A stretch of DNA of 64,000 bases from Solirubrobacterales bacterium (lineage in GTDB: Bacteria; Actinomycetota; Thermoleophilia; Solirubrobacterales; Solirubrobacteraceae): assembly GCA_038224135.1 (NCBI GenBank), contig JBBRFO010000001.1, positions 9,503 to 73,502 of the forward strand. Reading direction: 5' to 3'. This document shows positions 45,508 through 54,451 of the stretch, one piece after another. The translations under genes were made by a program, and so were the position numbers. The notes beneath the pieces were generated by a model. That model was not told the DNA's origin and made no database searches. It saw only the letters and a program-made list of their open reading frames with translations. Position 1 is the stretch's first letter. Each line of letters starts with the position of its first letter.

Positions 45508-47072
45508 CCTCGGTGCTCGCAACGGCCAAGGGCCCGTACGTCGACTGGGCCGCGCTGTCGCCGCTGCTGGCGCTGCTCGGCGCGTCGCTGATCGTCCTGG
45601 TGGCCGGGCTGCTCGGCGCGCGCGGGGCGCGCGAGCAGGGCGTGCCGCTGCTGACGCTCGTCGGCTTCGGCGTTGCAATCGGCTGCACGATCTGGCAGTG
45701 GGACACGCAGAAGAACGTGATCTCGCGCGGGATGAGCATCGATCGCCTGTCGCTGCTCGCCGTGCTGCTCGTGTCGGTCGCAGGGATCGTCGGAACGCTG
45801 CTCGCCTGGCGCTCGCGCGCGGCGAAGGAGATCGCCCACGGCGAGTTCTTCTCGCTGCTGCTGGTGAGCGCCGCCGGGATGGTCGTGCTCGCGGCCGCCG
45901 AGAACCTGATCACGACGTTCGTCGGCCTCGAACTGCTGTCGCTGCCGCTGTACATCCTCTGCGCCTCGCGGATGCGCAGCGAGCGTTCGCTCGAGGCCGG
46001 CCTGAAGTACCTGATCATCGGCTCGGTCGGTTCGGCGACGATGCTCTACGGCTTCGCGCTGATCTACGGCGCGACCGGCGCGACCGACTACGCCGGCATC
46101 GCGAGCGCGGCCGCGAAGGCCGGGTTCAACGACGACGTGATGTTCCTGACCGGCGTCGGCCTCAGCATCGTCGGCCTGGCGTTCAAGAGCTCGCTGGCGC
46201 CGTTCCACCAGTGGACGCCGGACGTCTACGAGGGCGCCCCGACGCCCGTCACGGCCTACATGTCGGTGGCGACGAAGGTCGCCGCATTCGCCGCCACGAT
46301 CCGCCTGCTCGACGTCGCGCTCGGCGGCGCGTTCGCCGACTGGAAGCCGCTCTGGGAGGCGATCGCCGTCGCGTCGATCCTCGTCGGCAACGTCGGCGCG
46401 CTGGGGCAGACGTCGCTCAAGCGGATGCTTGCGTACTCGTCGATCGCCCAGGCGGGGTATCTGCTCGTCGGCTTCATCGTCGGTACCGCCGGCGGCGTCG
46501 AGGCGGTCATGTACTACCTCGCCGTGTACCTGTTCGCCAACCTTGCCGCCTTCTCCGTCGTCATCGCGCGCGAGCGCGAGACAGACCGGGAGGACGACAT
46601 CGCCGCGCTGCGCGGGCTCGGAACGAGCAGCCCCGTCCTGGCCGGCGTCATGACCCTGGCGATGCTGAGCCTCGCCGGGATTCCGGCGACCGCCGGCTTC
46701 ATCGGCAAGTTCAACCTGATCTCCTCCGCCGTCGACGGCGGCGAGACGTGGCTGGGCATCGTGATCGTGATCGGCTCGATGATCTCGCTGGCGTACTACC
46801 TCCCGGTGATCGCGACGATGTGGGCCGGCGGCGATCCGGCACCCGCGCGCTCGCGCGAGGATCCGCGCACCGGTTTGCCGGTACTCGCCGGCGCCTCGCC
46901 TGAGGCCGACGAGCTCTCGATCGAGGAGCCGCTCGACGGGATCCGCGCGGCCGGCATCGAGGTCACCGTCATCGCCGCCATCCTCGGCGTCGCGACGCTC
47001 GTCTTCGGCATCGTGCCGCAGCCGCTGTTCGACCTCGTCGACGGCGCCGCCCGTAGCCTCGGCCTCTCCTAG
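45504..47072 (+). CDS. nuoN: NADH-quinone oxidoreductase subunit N
   Basis: 522 aa antiporter-like (FKSSLAPFHQWTPDVYEGAPTPV). ATGA overlap. Confidence 0.95.
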   Translation: MTSVLATAKGPYVDWAALSPLLALLGASLIVLVAGLLGARGAREQGVPLLTLVGFGVAIGCTIWQWDTQKNVISRGMSIDRLSLLAVLLVSVAGIVGTLLAWRSRAAKEIAHGEFFSLLLVSAAGMVVLAAAENLITTFVGLELLSLPLYILCASRMRSERSLEAGLKYLIIGSVGSATMLYGFALIYGATGATDYAGIASAAAKAGFNDDVMFLTGVGLSIVGLAFKSSLAPFHQWTPDVYEGAPTPVTAYMSVATKVAAFAATIRLLDVALGGAFADWKPLWEAIAVASILVGNVGALGQTSLKRMLAYSSIAQAGYLLVGFIVGTAGGVEAVMYYLAVYLFANLAAFSVVIARERETDREDDIAALRGLGTSSPVLAGVMTLAMLSLAGIPATAGFIGKFNLISSAVDGGETWLGIVIVIGSMISLAYYLPVIATMWAGGDPAPARSREDPRTGLPVLAGASPEADELSIEEPLDGIRAAGIEVTVIAAILGVATLVFGIVPQPLFDLVDGAARSLGLS

Positions 47073-47094
47073 TTCTTCCAGCGGCACACTAGGA
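47067..47094 (+). promoter_or_regulatory. stem-loop TCCTAGT-N14-ACTAGGA spanning the nuoN stop codon and the likely rrf2 Shine-Dalgarno
   Basis: 7-bp perfect arms. The left arm contains the nuoN TAG (47070-47072). The right arm contains AGGA (47091-47094), 11 nt before the rrf2 ATG. Confidence 0.4.
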
Positions 47095-47105
47095 TTCGCG
47101 GCGCC

Positions 47106-47561
47106 ATGCGCGTCTCCGCCAAAGCCGACTACGCCGTCCGCGCCGCGGTCGAGCTCGCCGCCGCCGGCGAGGGCCCGGTCAAGGGCGAGCAGATCGCCAC
47201 CACCCAAGGCATCTCACTGAAGTTCCTGGAGAACATCCTCAGCGAGCTGCGCGTGTCGGGCATCGTCTGCAGCCGCCGCGGCGCCGACGGCGGCTACTGG
47301 CTGGCGCGGCCGGCGGCGGAGATCTCGATCGCCGACGTGATGCGCGCAGTCGAGGGCCCGCTGGCGTCCGTGCGCGGCGAGCGTCCGGAATCGCTCGAGT
47401 ACGCCGGCGCCGCCGAAGGTCTCGGGCGGGCCTGGATCGCGCTGCGCACCAATCTGCGGTCGGTGCTGGAGAGCGTCACGCTCGCCGATCTCGCGTCGAA
47501 CAAGCTCCCCGCCCGCATCGAGAAGCTCGCAGCCGAGCCGGAGTCCTGGCGCACGCGGTAG
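47106..47561 (+). CDS. Rrf2 family transcriptional regulator (no Fe-S cluster cysteine triad)
   Basis: MRVSAKADYAVRAAVELA...ISLKFLENILSELRVSGIVCSRRGADGGYWLARP winged helix. Only one Cys in 151 aa. Confidence 0.9.
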   Translation: MRVSAKADYAVRAAVELAAAGEGPVKGEQIATTQGISLKFLENILSELRVSGIVCSRRGADGGYWLARPAAEISIADVMRAVEGPLASVRGERPESLEYAGAAEGLGRAWIALRTNLRSVLESVTLADLASNKLPARIEKLAAEPESWRTR

Positions 47562-47685
47562 GGCTCCCGCGTTGGTACGAGCGCTCCGGAAGCCGGCGCT
47601 GGGCATCCGATCCACGACGGGCCGCGTCTGGTATACAGCGCCGCAGCGCGTCAAATCGATGCGTCCGACGAACGGAAGGTAGAGG

Positions 47686-50022
47686 GTGGAGACACCGCGC
47701 CGGCGGGAACTGCTCGTTTCAAAAACCTGGGTTCAGGCCGTCGCGCTGGTGATGCTCGTCGGGTTCTTCATCATGGGCCTGCTGGCCTACCGCACCTACA
47801 TGGCACATCCCCCGGTGCCCAAGCGGATCGTCGACCAGCAGGGACGGGTCGTCTACACGGGCAAGGACATCAGTAAGGGCCAGCAGGTCTTCCTGCACAA
47901 CGGCCTGATGGAATACGGGTCGGCGTTCGGCCACGGCGCGTACCTCGGACCGGACTTCACCGCTGACTACCTGCGGCGGTCGTCGGACATCGTCAAGCAG
48001 TCCTACGGCGGCGACGCCTCGGACACCGCGAGAAGCAAGACGATCGTGGACTTCCGCACCAACCGCTTCGACAAGAAGACCGGCACGCTCACGCTGAGTC
48101 CCGCGCAGCTCGACGCATTCAACAAGCTCGTCCCCCACTACACCCGGTTCTTCGCAGACCCCACCACCGAGCACGGCCTGCGGCGCAGCGCGATCACAGA
48201 TCCCACCCAGCTTCGACAACTCACCGCGTTCTTTGCCTGGACGGCTTGGGCGGCCGCTGCTGACCGGCCGGGCCACAACTACTCGTACACCAACAACTGG
48301 CCCGCCGAGACCCGCGTCGACAACAAGCCGACCGCAAACGTCCTCGTCTGGTCGGTCCTGTCGCTGATTGCGCTGCTCGGCGGCATCGGGCTGCTGTTCG
48401 GCGCCTTTGGCCGCTGGGGCCGCAACCTGGGCTGGCACGGGCGCGAACAGGCGACGCTGTCCTTCCGCAAGCCGGGCGACGTCGCGCTGACGCCGGCACA
48501 GCGCGCCACGGCCTGGTTCTTCTTCGTCATGGCAGCGCTCTTCCTGCTGCAAACCCTGGTCGGCGCCGCCTCCCAGCACTACCGGGCGGAGATCGACAGC
48601 TTCTTCGGCTTCGATCTCGCGCGGTGGTTCCCCTACAACCTGATGCGCACCTGGCACGTGCAACTCGCACTGTTCTGGGTGTCGGTGTCCTTCGTGGCCG
48701 CGGGCATCTTCCTCGCACCGATGATCGCCAAGCGCGAGCCCAAGCACCAGGGCAAGCTCGCCTACGGCCTGCTCGGCGCGCTGACCGTCGTGGTGCTGGG
48801 CACGCTCATCGGCTCATATCTGGGCATCCACCATGTGCTCCAGGATGCTGCCTCCAATTGGTTTGGCCTGCAGGGCTTCGAGTACCTCGACCTCGCCCGG
48901 TTGTGGCAGATCCTGCTCACCCTTGGCCTCGTCGCGTGGGTCTTCATGCTCTGGCGCGTGCTGCGAAAGCGGCTCGCGGCCGAGCACCCGGGCAACATGC
49001 CCTGGCTGTTTTTCTTGGCGGCCTGCGCGATCCCGGCGTTCTACGCAGTAGGTCTGATCGCAAGGACCGGTGACAACTTCACCACCACTGAATTCTGGCG
49101 CTTCTGGGTCGTACACCTCTGGGTCGAGGACTTCCTCGAGCTCTTCACCACGGTGATGGTCGCCTACATGTTCGTCCTGCTCGGCGTTGTGCGTGAGAAG
49201 ACGGCGCTCACCGTCGTCTTCCTGGACATCATTCTGTACTCGGTCGGTGGCGTCGTCGGAACGATGCATCACCTGTACTTCTCGGGCGAGCCGGCTGAGC
49301 ACATGGCGCTCGGCGCGTTCTTCTCGGCCGCGGAAGTGATCCCGCTCACCTTCCTCACCGTGGAGGCGTGGTCGTTCCTGCAGCTGGGGGCGGCGCAGCA
49401 GTCGCGCTCCGCGACGCCGTTCCCCCACCGCTGGGCCGTGATGTTCCTCGTCGCGGTCGGCTTCTGGAACTTCGTCGGCGCCGGCATCTTCGGCTTCCTC
49501 ATCAATCTCCCGATCGTCTCGTACTACGAGATCGGTACGGCACTGACGGCCAACCACGGTCACGCGGCGATGATGGGTGTCTACGGCATGCTCGCGCTGG
49601 GCTTGGCGATGTTCTGCCTGCGCTATCTCATACCGGCCGACCGATGGCCGGAGAAGTGGGCGCGGATCTGCTTCTGGTCGACGAACATCGGCCTGGCGTG
49701 GATGTGCTTCGCCACGCTCCTGCCGCTCGGCATTCTGCAGCTCTACCAGTCGGTCAACTCGGGCTACTACGAGGCCCGTGAGCTGAAGTTCCTCACGAAC
49801 GGGACCAACTCGTTCATCGAGTGGCTGCGCCTGCCGGGCGACGTGATCTTCATCACCGGCGGCGCAGTTCCGGCGCTCTACATCGCCTACCTCGGCGTCC
49901 GCCACACCGTCAAGCGGACCACGCTCGACGAGCCTGAGGACATCCTCTTCACCGAGGTCTCGCAACCGGACGGAGCGCCGACGGCCGGACAAGGCGAAGC
50001 CACCGCCGCGCGGCTCACATGA
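47686..50022 (+). CDS. norZ: quinol-dependent nitric oxide reductase (qNOR, single-subunit NorB/NorZ type)
   Basis: 778 aa. N-terminal TM plus periplasmic extension (GKDISKGQQVFLHNGLMEYGSAFGHGAYLGPDFTADYL) fused to a 12-TM haem-copper-oxidase-like core (WVVHLWVEDF, HHLYFSG, ANHGHAAMMGVYG). GGAAGG..GAGG RBS. Confidence 0.9.
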   Translation: METPRRRELLVSKTWVQAVALVMLVGFFIMGLLAYRTYMAHPPVPKRIVDQQGRVVYTGKDISKGQQVFLHNGLMEYGSAFGHGAYLGPDFTADYLRRSSDIVKQSYGGDASDTARSKTIVDFRTNRFDKKTGTLTLSPAQLDAFNKLVPHYTRFFADPTTEHGLRRSAITDPTQLRQLTAFFAWTAWAAAADRPGHNYSYTNNWPAETRVDNKPTANVLVWSVLSLIALLGGIGLLFGAFGRWGRNLGWHGREQATLSFRKPGDVALTPAQRATAWFFFVMAALFLLQTLVGAASQHYRAEIDSFFGFDLARWFPYNLMRTWHVQLALFWVSVSFVAAGIFLAPMIAKREPKHQGKLAYGLLGALTVVVLGTLIGSYLGIHHVLQDAASNWFGLQGFEYLDLARLWQILLTLGLVAWVFMLWRVLRKRLAAEHPGNMPWLFFLAACAIPAFYAVGLIARTGDNFTTTEFWRFWVVHLWVEDFLELFTTVMVAYMFVLLGVVREKTALTVVFLDIILYSVGGVVGTMHHLYFSGEPAEHMALGAFFSAAEVIPLTFLTVEAWSFLQLGAAQQSRSATPFPHRWAVMFLVAVGFWNFVGAGIFGFLINLPIVSYYEIGTALTANHGHAAMMGVYGMLALGLAMFCLRYLIPADRWPEKWARICFWSTNIGLAWMCFATLLPLGILQLYQSVNSGYYEARELKFLTNGTNSFIEWLRLPGDVIFITGGAVPALYIAYLGVRHTVKRTTLDEPEDILFTEVSQPDGAPTAGQGEATAARLT

Positions 50023-50633
50023 GGCCGGAGGTCGTCCTTGCGGCGGGCTATGCGGTGCTGCTCGTGGCCGGCGCATTCGTCCTCGAGTGGCTGTCGGCGC
50101 ACACCCACCGGCGCTCGCTGCGCTACCGGACCGCCGGGTTCACCTACGACGAGGCGCACGACCACTGGCAGTGCCCCGAGGGCCAGCACCTCTGGCCGCA
50201 CGAGTTCGACCATGAACGCCGGCTGGTGCGCTACCGCGCCAAGGCGCACATCTGCAACGGCTGCCCGCGCAAGGACGCCTGCACGGACTCCGACCGCGGT
50301 CGCGAGATCGTGCGGCCTCTGGACCCGTGGCCGCACTCCGAGGCGGGGCGCTTTCACCGCGGCCTGGCGCTGCTGATGGTCGTGGTCGCGATCTTCGTCA
50401 CCGTGGTCGAGGCGGCACGACACCACCGGCCGGCCGAACTCGGCCTGCTGCTGGTCGTCCTCGGGTCCTGCGCGCTCGCCGCCCGCTGGCTGGCACGCGA
50501 CCTGCGCGCCCACCCGGCCGCGTTCCCCGAGGCCGCGCCGGCGCAGGGGTTGCGGATGGTGGTGACGGGCGCCGACGGGAACCGGCAGCCAAGCAGGTGG
50601 GCCTCGCAGAACCGGCCGGATGGCTCGTCATGA
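50019..50633 (+). CDS. hypothetical 3-TM protein with Cys/His-rich loop (no family recognised)
   Basis: ATGA overlaps at both ends (with norZ and with the SPFH gene). HxHxxCx4Hx3Hx3H ... CxxCx5C motif at residues 47-88. High GC3. Confidence 0.75.
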   Translation: MRPEVVLAAGYAVLLVAGAFVLEWLSAHTHRRSLRYRTAGFTYDEAHDHWQCPEGQHLWPHEFDHERRLVRYRAKAHICNGCPRKDACTDSDRGREIVRPLDPWPHSEAGRFHRGLALLMVVVAIFVTVVEAARHHRPAELGLLLVVLGSCALAARWLARDLRAHPAAFPEAAPAQGLRMVVTGADGNRQPSRWASQNRPDGSS

Positions 50634-51388
50634 ACGCCGCCGCCGTCATCCTCGCTGTCCTTGCCGTCATGGTTCTCGCGACACTGACCAGTGTGCGGAT
50701 CCTGCGCGAGTACGAGCGCGCCGTCGTGTTCCGCCTGGGGCGCCTGCGCCCCATCGCCGGCCCCGGCCCCGTGATCCTGTTGCCCCTGGTCGATCGCTTG
50801 GTCCGGGTAGACCTCCGCACGATCACGCTGACGATCCCGCCGCAGGAGGTCATCACGCGCGACAACGTGCCCGCCCGCGTCGCCGCCGTCTGCTACTTCC
50901 GCGTCGTGGACCCCGTTGCCGCGGTCACCGAGATCGAGGCGTTCGAGCCCGCCACCTCGCAGATTGCACAAACCACTCTGCGCTCCGTGCTCGGAGGGGC
51001 CGACCTGGATCAGCTGCTGGCCGAGCGCGACCGGCTCAACGAGGATCTGCAGAAGATCATCGACGAGCAGACCGAGCCGTGGGGCATCAAGGTCTCGACC
51101 GTCGAGATCAAGGACGTTGAGATCCCCGAAGCGATGCAACGAGCGATGGCCCGTCAGGCCGAGGCGGAGCGCGAGCGTCGTGCGAAGATCATCAACGCTG
51201 AGGGCGAGTTCCAGGCGGCGCAGAAGCTCGCCGACGCGGCGGCGATCCTTGCGCGCGAGCCGTCGGCCCTGCAGCTGCGCTACCTGCAGACCCTGCTCGA
51301 GATCGGCGTCGACCAGAACTCCACGATCGTCTTCCCCCTGCCAATGGACCTGCTCGGGCCGTTCCTCGAACGCCAGGATCATCGATGA
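50630..51388 (+). CDS. SPFH/band-7 (stomatin-like) membrane protein
   Basis: N-terminal anchor, then [48 protein letters not shown]. Confidence 0.9.
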   Translation: MNAAAVILAVLAVMVLATLTSVRILREYERAVVFRLGRLRPIAGPGPVILLPLVDRLVRVDLRTITLTIPPQEVITRDNVPARVAAVCYFRVVDPVAAVTEIEAFEPATSQIAQTTLRSVLGGADLDQLLAERDRLNEDLQKIIDEQTEPWGIKVSTVEIKDVEIPEAMQRAMARQAEAERERRAKIINAEGEFQAAQKLADAAAILAREPSALQLRYLQTLLEIGVDQNSTIVFPLPMDLLGPFLERQDHR

Positions 51389-51419
51389 CCGGCCGCCGGT
51401 ACGACCTGAAGGAGTGGAT

Positions 51420-51803
51420 GTGAAACGTTGGGACATCAAGTCGCTCGCGCTGCACCCCCACCGCCCCGAGATCCTCTCCACCAGCGATGACGGCCGAGCG
51501 ATCGTGCTGGAGATTCCAGCCGGTGAGAGCTTGGAAGACCATCAGGTGCACGAACGGGCATGGGTCATCGTCATCGATGGCGACGTCGACATCACCGCAG
51601 CCGATGGGCAGACCGTCTCCGGCGGTAGCGGGTTGATGGTTGAATTCGCTCCCGCCGAGCGCCACGCGGTTCACGCCCGTTCGACGACACGGCTCTTGCT
51701 GCTGCTGACTCCATGGCCGGGGCGAGGACACCCCGGGACGATGACGCTGGAAGACAAGGCGAACGCCAGGCAGCGAGCCGCCGAACACTCGACTGATTCG
51801 TAG
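51420..51803 (+). CDS. cupin domain protein
   Basis: GTG 51420 follows GAAGGAG. GESLEDHQVHERAWVIVIDG and PAERHAVHA resemble the two cupin metal motifs. Confidence 0.7.
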   Translation: MKRWDIKSLALHPHRPEILSTSDDGRAIVLEIPAGESLEDHQVHERAWVIVIDGDVDITAADGQTVSGGSGLMVEFAPAERHAVHARSTTRLLLLLTPWPGRGHPGTMTLEDKANARQRAAEHSTDS

Positions 51804-51841
51804 TCGGGCGTTCGCCCAGCGAGCAGCGCCCAGCGACGCGC

Positions 51842-52813
51842 CTACGCGCCAGTCTCCTGCGAGCCCACGGCCACAGGCCGATCCGGTGCCACCCAGACGA
51901 TGTCGCCCTGATGCACGCCGAGCGCCTCGGCCTCCCCGCGCGAGACCTGCACCGTCACGTCGTCGTCCGACTCCGCGAGCGACAGATCGAGGCGCACCTC
52001 GAACCCCAGATGCGTCACGCGGGTGATCATCGCCTCGAGCGCGCCGTCGCGCCGCTCGTGGGTGACGAAGACGTCGTGTGGCCGAACCAGCCGACCGCCG
52101 AGCCGCGAGACCGGCCCGAGAAAGCCCATGACGAAGTCGTTCGCCGGCCGTTCGTAGAGGTCGCGCGGCGCGCCGGTCTGCTCGATCCGCCCGTGGTTCA
52201 TGACGGCGATCGTGTCGGTGATCTCCATCGCCTCCTCCTGGTCGTGCGTGACGAACACCGTCGTCACGTGGACCTCGTCGTGCAGCCGTCGCAGCCAGGC
52301 CCGCAGCTCGGCGCGGACATTGGCGTCCAACGCGCCGAACGGCTCGTCGAGCAGTAGTACCTGGGGCTCGACGGCGAGCGCCCGCGCGAGCGCCATCCGC
52401 TGACGCTGGCCGCCCGACAGCTGCGAGGGGTAGCGCTCGTGGTAGCCCGCCAGGCCGACGATGCCGAGCAGCTCGTCGACCTTCGCGGCGATCTCGGCCT
52501 TCGGCCGCTTGCGGATCGTCAGACCGAAGGCGACGTTGTCGCGGACGTTCATGTGCTTGAACGCCGCGTAGTGCTGGAAGACGAAGCCGATGCCGCGCTG
52601 CTGCGTCGGGACGCCGGTCTGATCGGCGCCGCCGAGCTCGATCGTCCCGCTGTCGGGAACCTCCAGCCCGGCGATGATCCGCAGCAGCGTCGACTTGCCC
52701 GACCCGGACGGGCCGAGCAGCGCCGTCAGCGACCCGTCGGCGATCGTCAGCGACACGTCGTCCAGCGCCTGGAAGTCGCCGAAGCGCTTCGACACGCCGC
52801 TCACCGTGATCAT
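51842..52813 (-). CDS. cysA: sulfate/thiosulfate ABC transporter ATP-binding protein
   Basis: [37 protein letters not shown], plus a C-terminal regulatory (TOBE-like) domain. In the cysTWA gene order. Confidence 0.9.
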   Translation of the reverse strand: MITVSGVSKRFGDFQALDDVSLTIADGSLTALLGPSGSGKSTLLRIIAGLEVPDSGTIELGGADQTGVPTQQRGIGFVFQHYAAFKHMNVRDNVAFGLTIRKRPKAEIAAKVDELLGIVGLAGYHERYPSQLSGGQRQRMALARALAVEPQVLLLDEPFGALDANVRAELRAWLRRLHDEVHVTTVFVTHDQEEAMEITDTIAVMNHGRIEQTGAPRDLYERPANDFVMGFLGPVSRLGGRLVRPHDVFVTHERRDGALEAMITRVTHLGFEVRLDLSLAESDDDVTVQVSRGEAEALGVHQGDIVWVAPDRPVAVGSQETGA

Positions 52814-53616
52814 GCCTGCTCCGTGCGGGGGCTCAGCAGCGTCATCCCGAGCAGCGTCACCAGGGCGATCACCGCCAGCAGCGCGGACGCGGTGTACGCG
52901 CCGGCGAGGTTGAAATTCTGAAAGCGCTTCTCCACGAGCAGCGTGAGTGTCTCCGTCTCGCCGGAGATCCTGCCACTGACGACGCTGACCGCGCCGAACT
53001 CTCCGATCGCGCGGGCCATCGACAGCACGACCCCGTACGCGACGCCCCAGCGGATCGCCGGCAGCGTGATCCGGCGGAACGTCTGCCAGCGCCCGGCGCC
53101 GAGCGTCGCGGCCGCCTGTTCCTGCTCGTCCCCGACCTCGCGCAGCACCGGCACGACCTCGCGGACGACGAACGGGAGCGTGACGAAGATCGTCGCGAGG
53201 ACGATGCCGGGCAGCGAGAAGATCACGCGGATCCCGGCGTTGGCGAGCGCGTCGCCGAACCAGCCCGTCCGGCCGTACAGCAGGATCAGCGAGAGCCCGA
53301 CGACGACGGGGGAGACCGCGAACGGCAGGTCGATCAGCGCATCGAGCAGCGCCTTGCCGCGGAAGTTGCCGCGCGCGATGACCAGCGCCGCGAGCACGCC
53401 GAAGATCGTGTTCAGCGGTACCGCGATCAGCGCGACGAGCAGCGTCAGATAGAAGGCGTGGATCGCCGCCGGTGTCGTCACCGACTGCCAGACGTACTCC
53501 AGCCCGGGCTCGAACGTGCGGTAGAGGACGATCCCGATCGGCACGAACAGCAGCGCCGCGAGATACCCGAGCGCGAACGTACGCAGGCCGTAGCGGTTCA
53601 GGCGCTCACGTCGCAT
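52810..53616 (-). CDS. cysW: sulfate ABC transporter permease
   Basis: EAA-loop-like [18 protein letters not shown]. Polytopic. ATGA-type overlap with cysA. Confidence 0.85.
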   Translation of the reverse strand: MRRERLNRYGLRTFALGYLAALLFVPIGIVLYRTFEPGLEYVWQSVTTPAAIHAFYLTLLVALIAVPLNTIFGVLAALVIARGNFRGKALLDALIDLPFAVSPVVVGLSLILLYGRTGWFGDALANAGIRVIFSLPGIVLATIFVTLPFVVREVVPVLREVGDEQEQAAATLGAGRWQTFRRITLPAIRWGVAYGVVLSMARAIGEFGAVSVVSGRISGETETLTLLVEKRFQNFNLAGAYTASALLAVIALVTLLGMTLLSPRTEQA

Positions 53617-54451
53617 GACGCCAGCCTCGCCCGATTGCGCGGATACCGATCAGCACGGCCAGGGACAGCAGCAGCAGCACCACCGACACGGCGGCCGCGG
53701 CCGCGGGAGCATCGCTCTCGATCTGCTTGAAGACGAACACCGAGGCGACCTGTGTGTGGAAGGGGATGTTGCCGGAGATCAGCACGACCGATCCGAACTC
53801 GCCGACCGCGCGCGCGAACGCCAGCGCGCAGCCGCTGAGGATTGCCGGGACGAGGTTCGGCAGGATGATCCGGCGGAACGTCGTCGCCGGTCGCGCGCCG
53901 AGCGCGGCCGCGGCCTCCTCCATCTCGCGGTCCAGCTCCAGCAGCACCGGCTGCACCGCGCGGATCACGAACGGCAGCGTCACGAACAGCAGCGCCATGC
54001 CGACCGCAGCGCGCGTGAAGGCGAGGTCGACGCCGACCGGGCTGTCGTGCCCGTACAGCGCCAGCAGCGTGATGCTGGCGACGATCGTCGGCAGCGCGAA
54101 CGGCAGGTCGATCAGCGCGTTGACGAGCCGCTTGCCGGGGAACTCGTCGCGGACGAGGACCCAGGCGATGACCGTGCCGCTGACGGCGTTGATCAGAGTG
54201 ACCACCAGCGACACGGCGATCGTGAACCGCAGCGCCGAGACCGCCTGGCGCGAGCTGACCGCGTCCCAGAACGCGCCGGGGCCACCGTCGAGCGACTTCG
54301 CCACGACGGCGGCCAGCGGCAGCAGGACGATCAGGCTGAGCCAGAGCGCGACGACGCCGAACGCCAGCGGCCCCGGACCGCTCGTCGCCGACCGCGCGAC
54401 GCGCGAGCGACGGCGAGCGCTGACGGGGACGCTGCGTGGTGCGTCGGTCAC
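53606..54451 (-). CDS. cysT: sulfate ABC transporter permease
   Basis: EEAAAALGARPATTFRRIILP. Polytopic. GTG start overlaps (GTGA) the stop of the binding-protein gene. Confidence 0.85.
   Translation of the reverse strand: MTDAPRSVPVSARRRSRVARSATSGPGPLAFGVVALWLSLIVLLPLAAVVAKSLDGGPGAFWDAVSSRQAVSALRFTIAVSLVVTLINAVSGTVIAWVLVRDEFPGKRLVNALIDLPFALPTIVASITLLALYGHDSPVGVDLAFTRAAVGMALLFVTLPFVIRAVQPVLLELDREMEEAAAALGARPATTFRRIILPNLVPAILSGCALAFARAVGEFGSVVLISGNIPFHTQVASVFVFKQIESDAPAAAAAVSVVLLLLSLAVLIGIRAIGRGWRHAT

Noticed and set aside
50019-50633. Transposase remnant, suggested by the CxxCPxxxxCT zinc-ribbon-like motif (similar motifs occur at the C-termini of some IS-family transposases).
   Set aside because: There is no DDE or HTH domain and there are no terminal inverted repeats or target duplications. 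The ORF has three TM helices, native-looking codon usage and exact ATGA coupling to both neighbours.
51813-51836. 10-nt direct repeat CGCCCAGCGA (51813-51822 and 51827-51836), plus a weak GGGCGTTCGCCC hairpin between the convergent cupin and cysA genes.
   Set aside because: The repeat is short and GC-rich and plausibly arises by chance. The hairpin has only a 4-5 bp stem, a tiny loop and no U tract, so I cannot call it a terminator.
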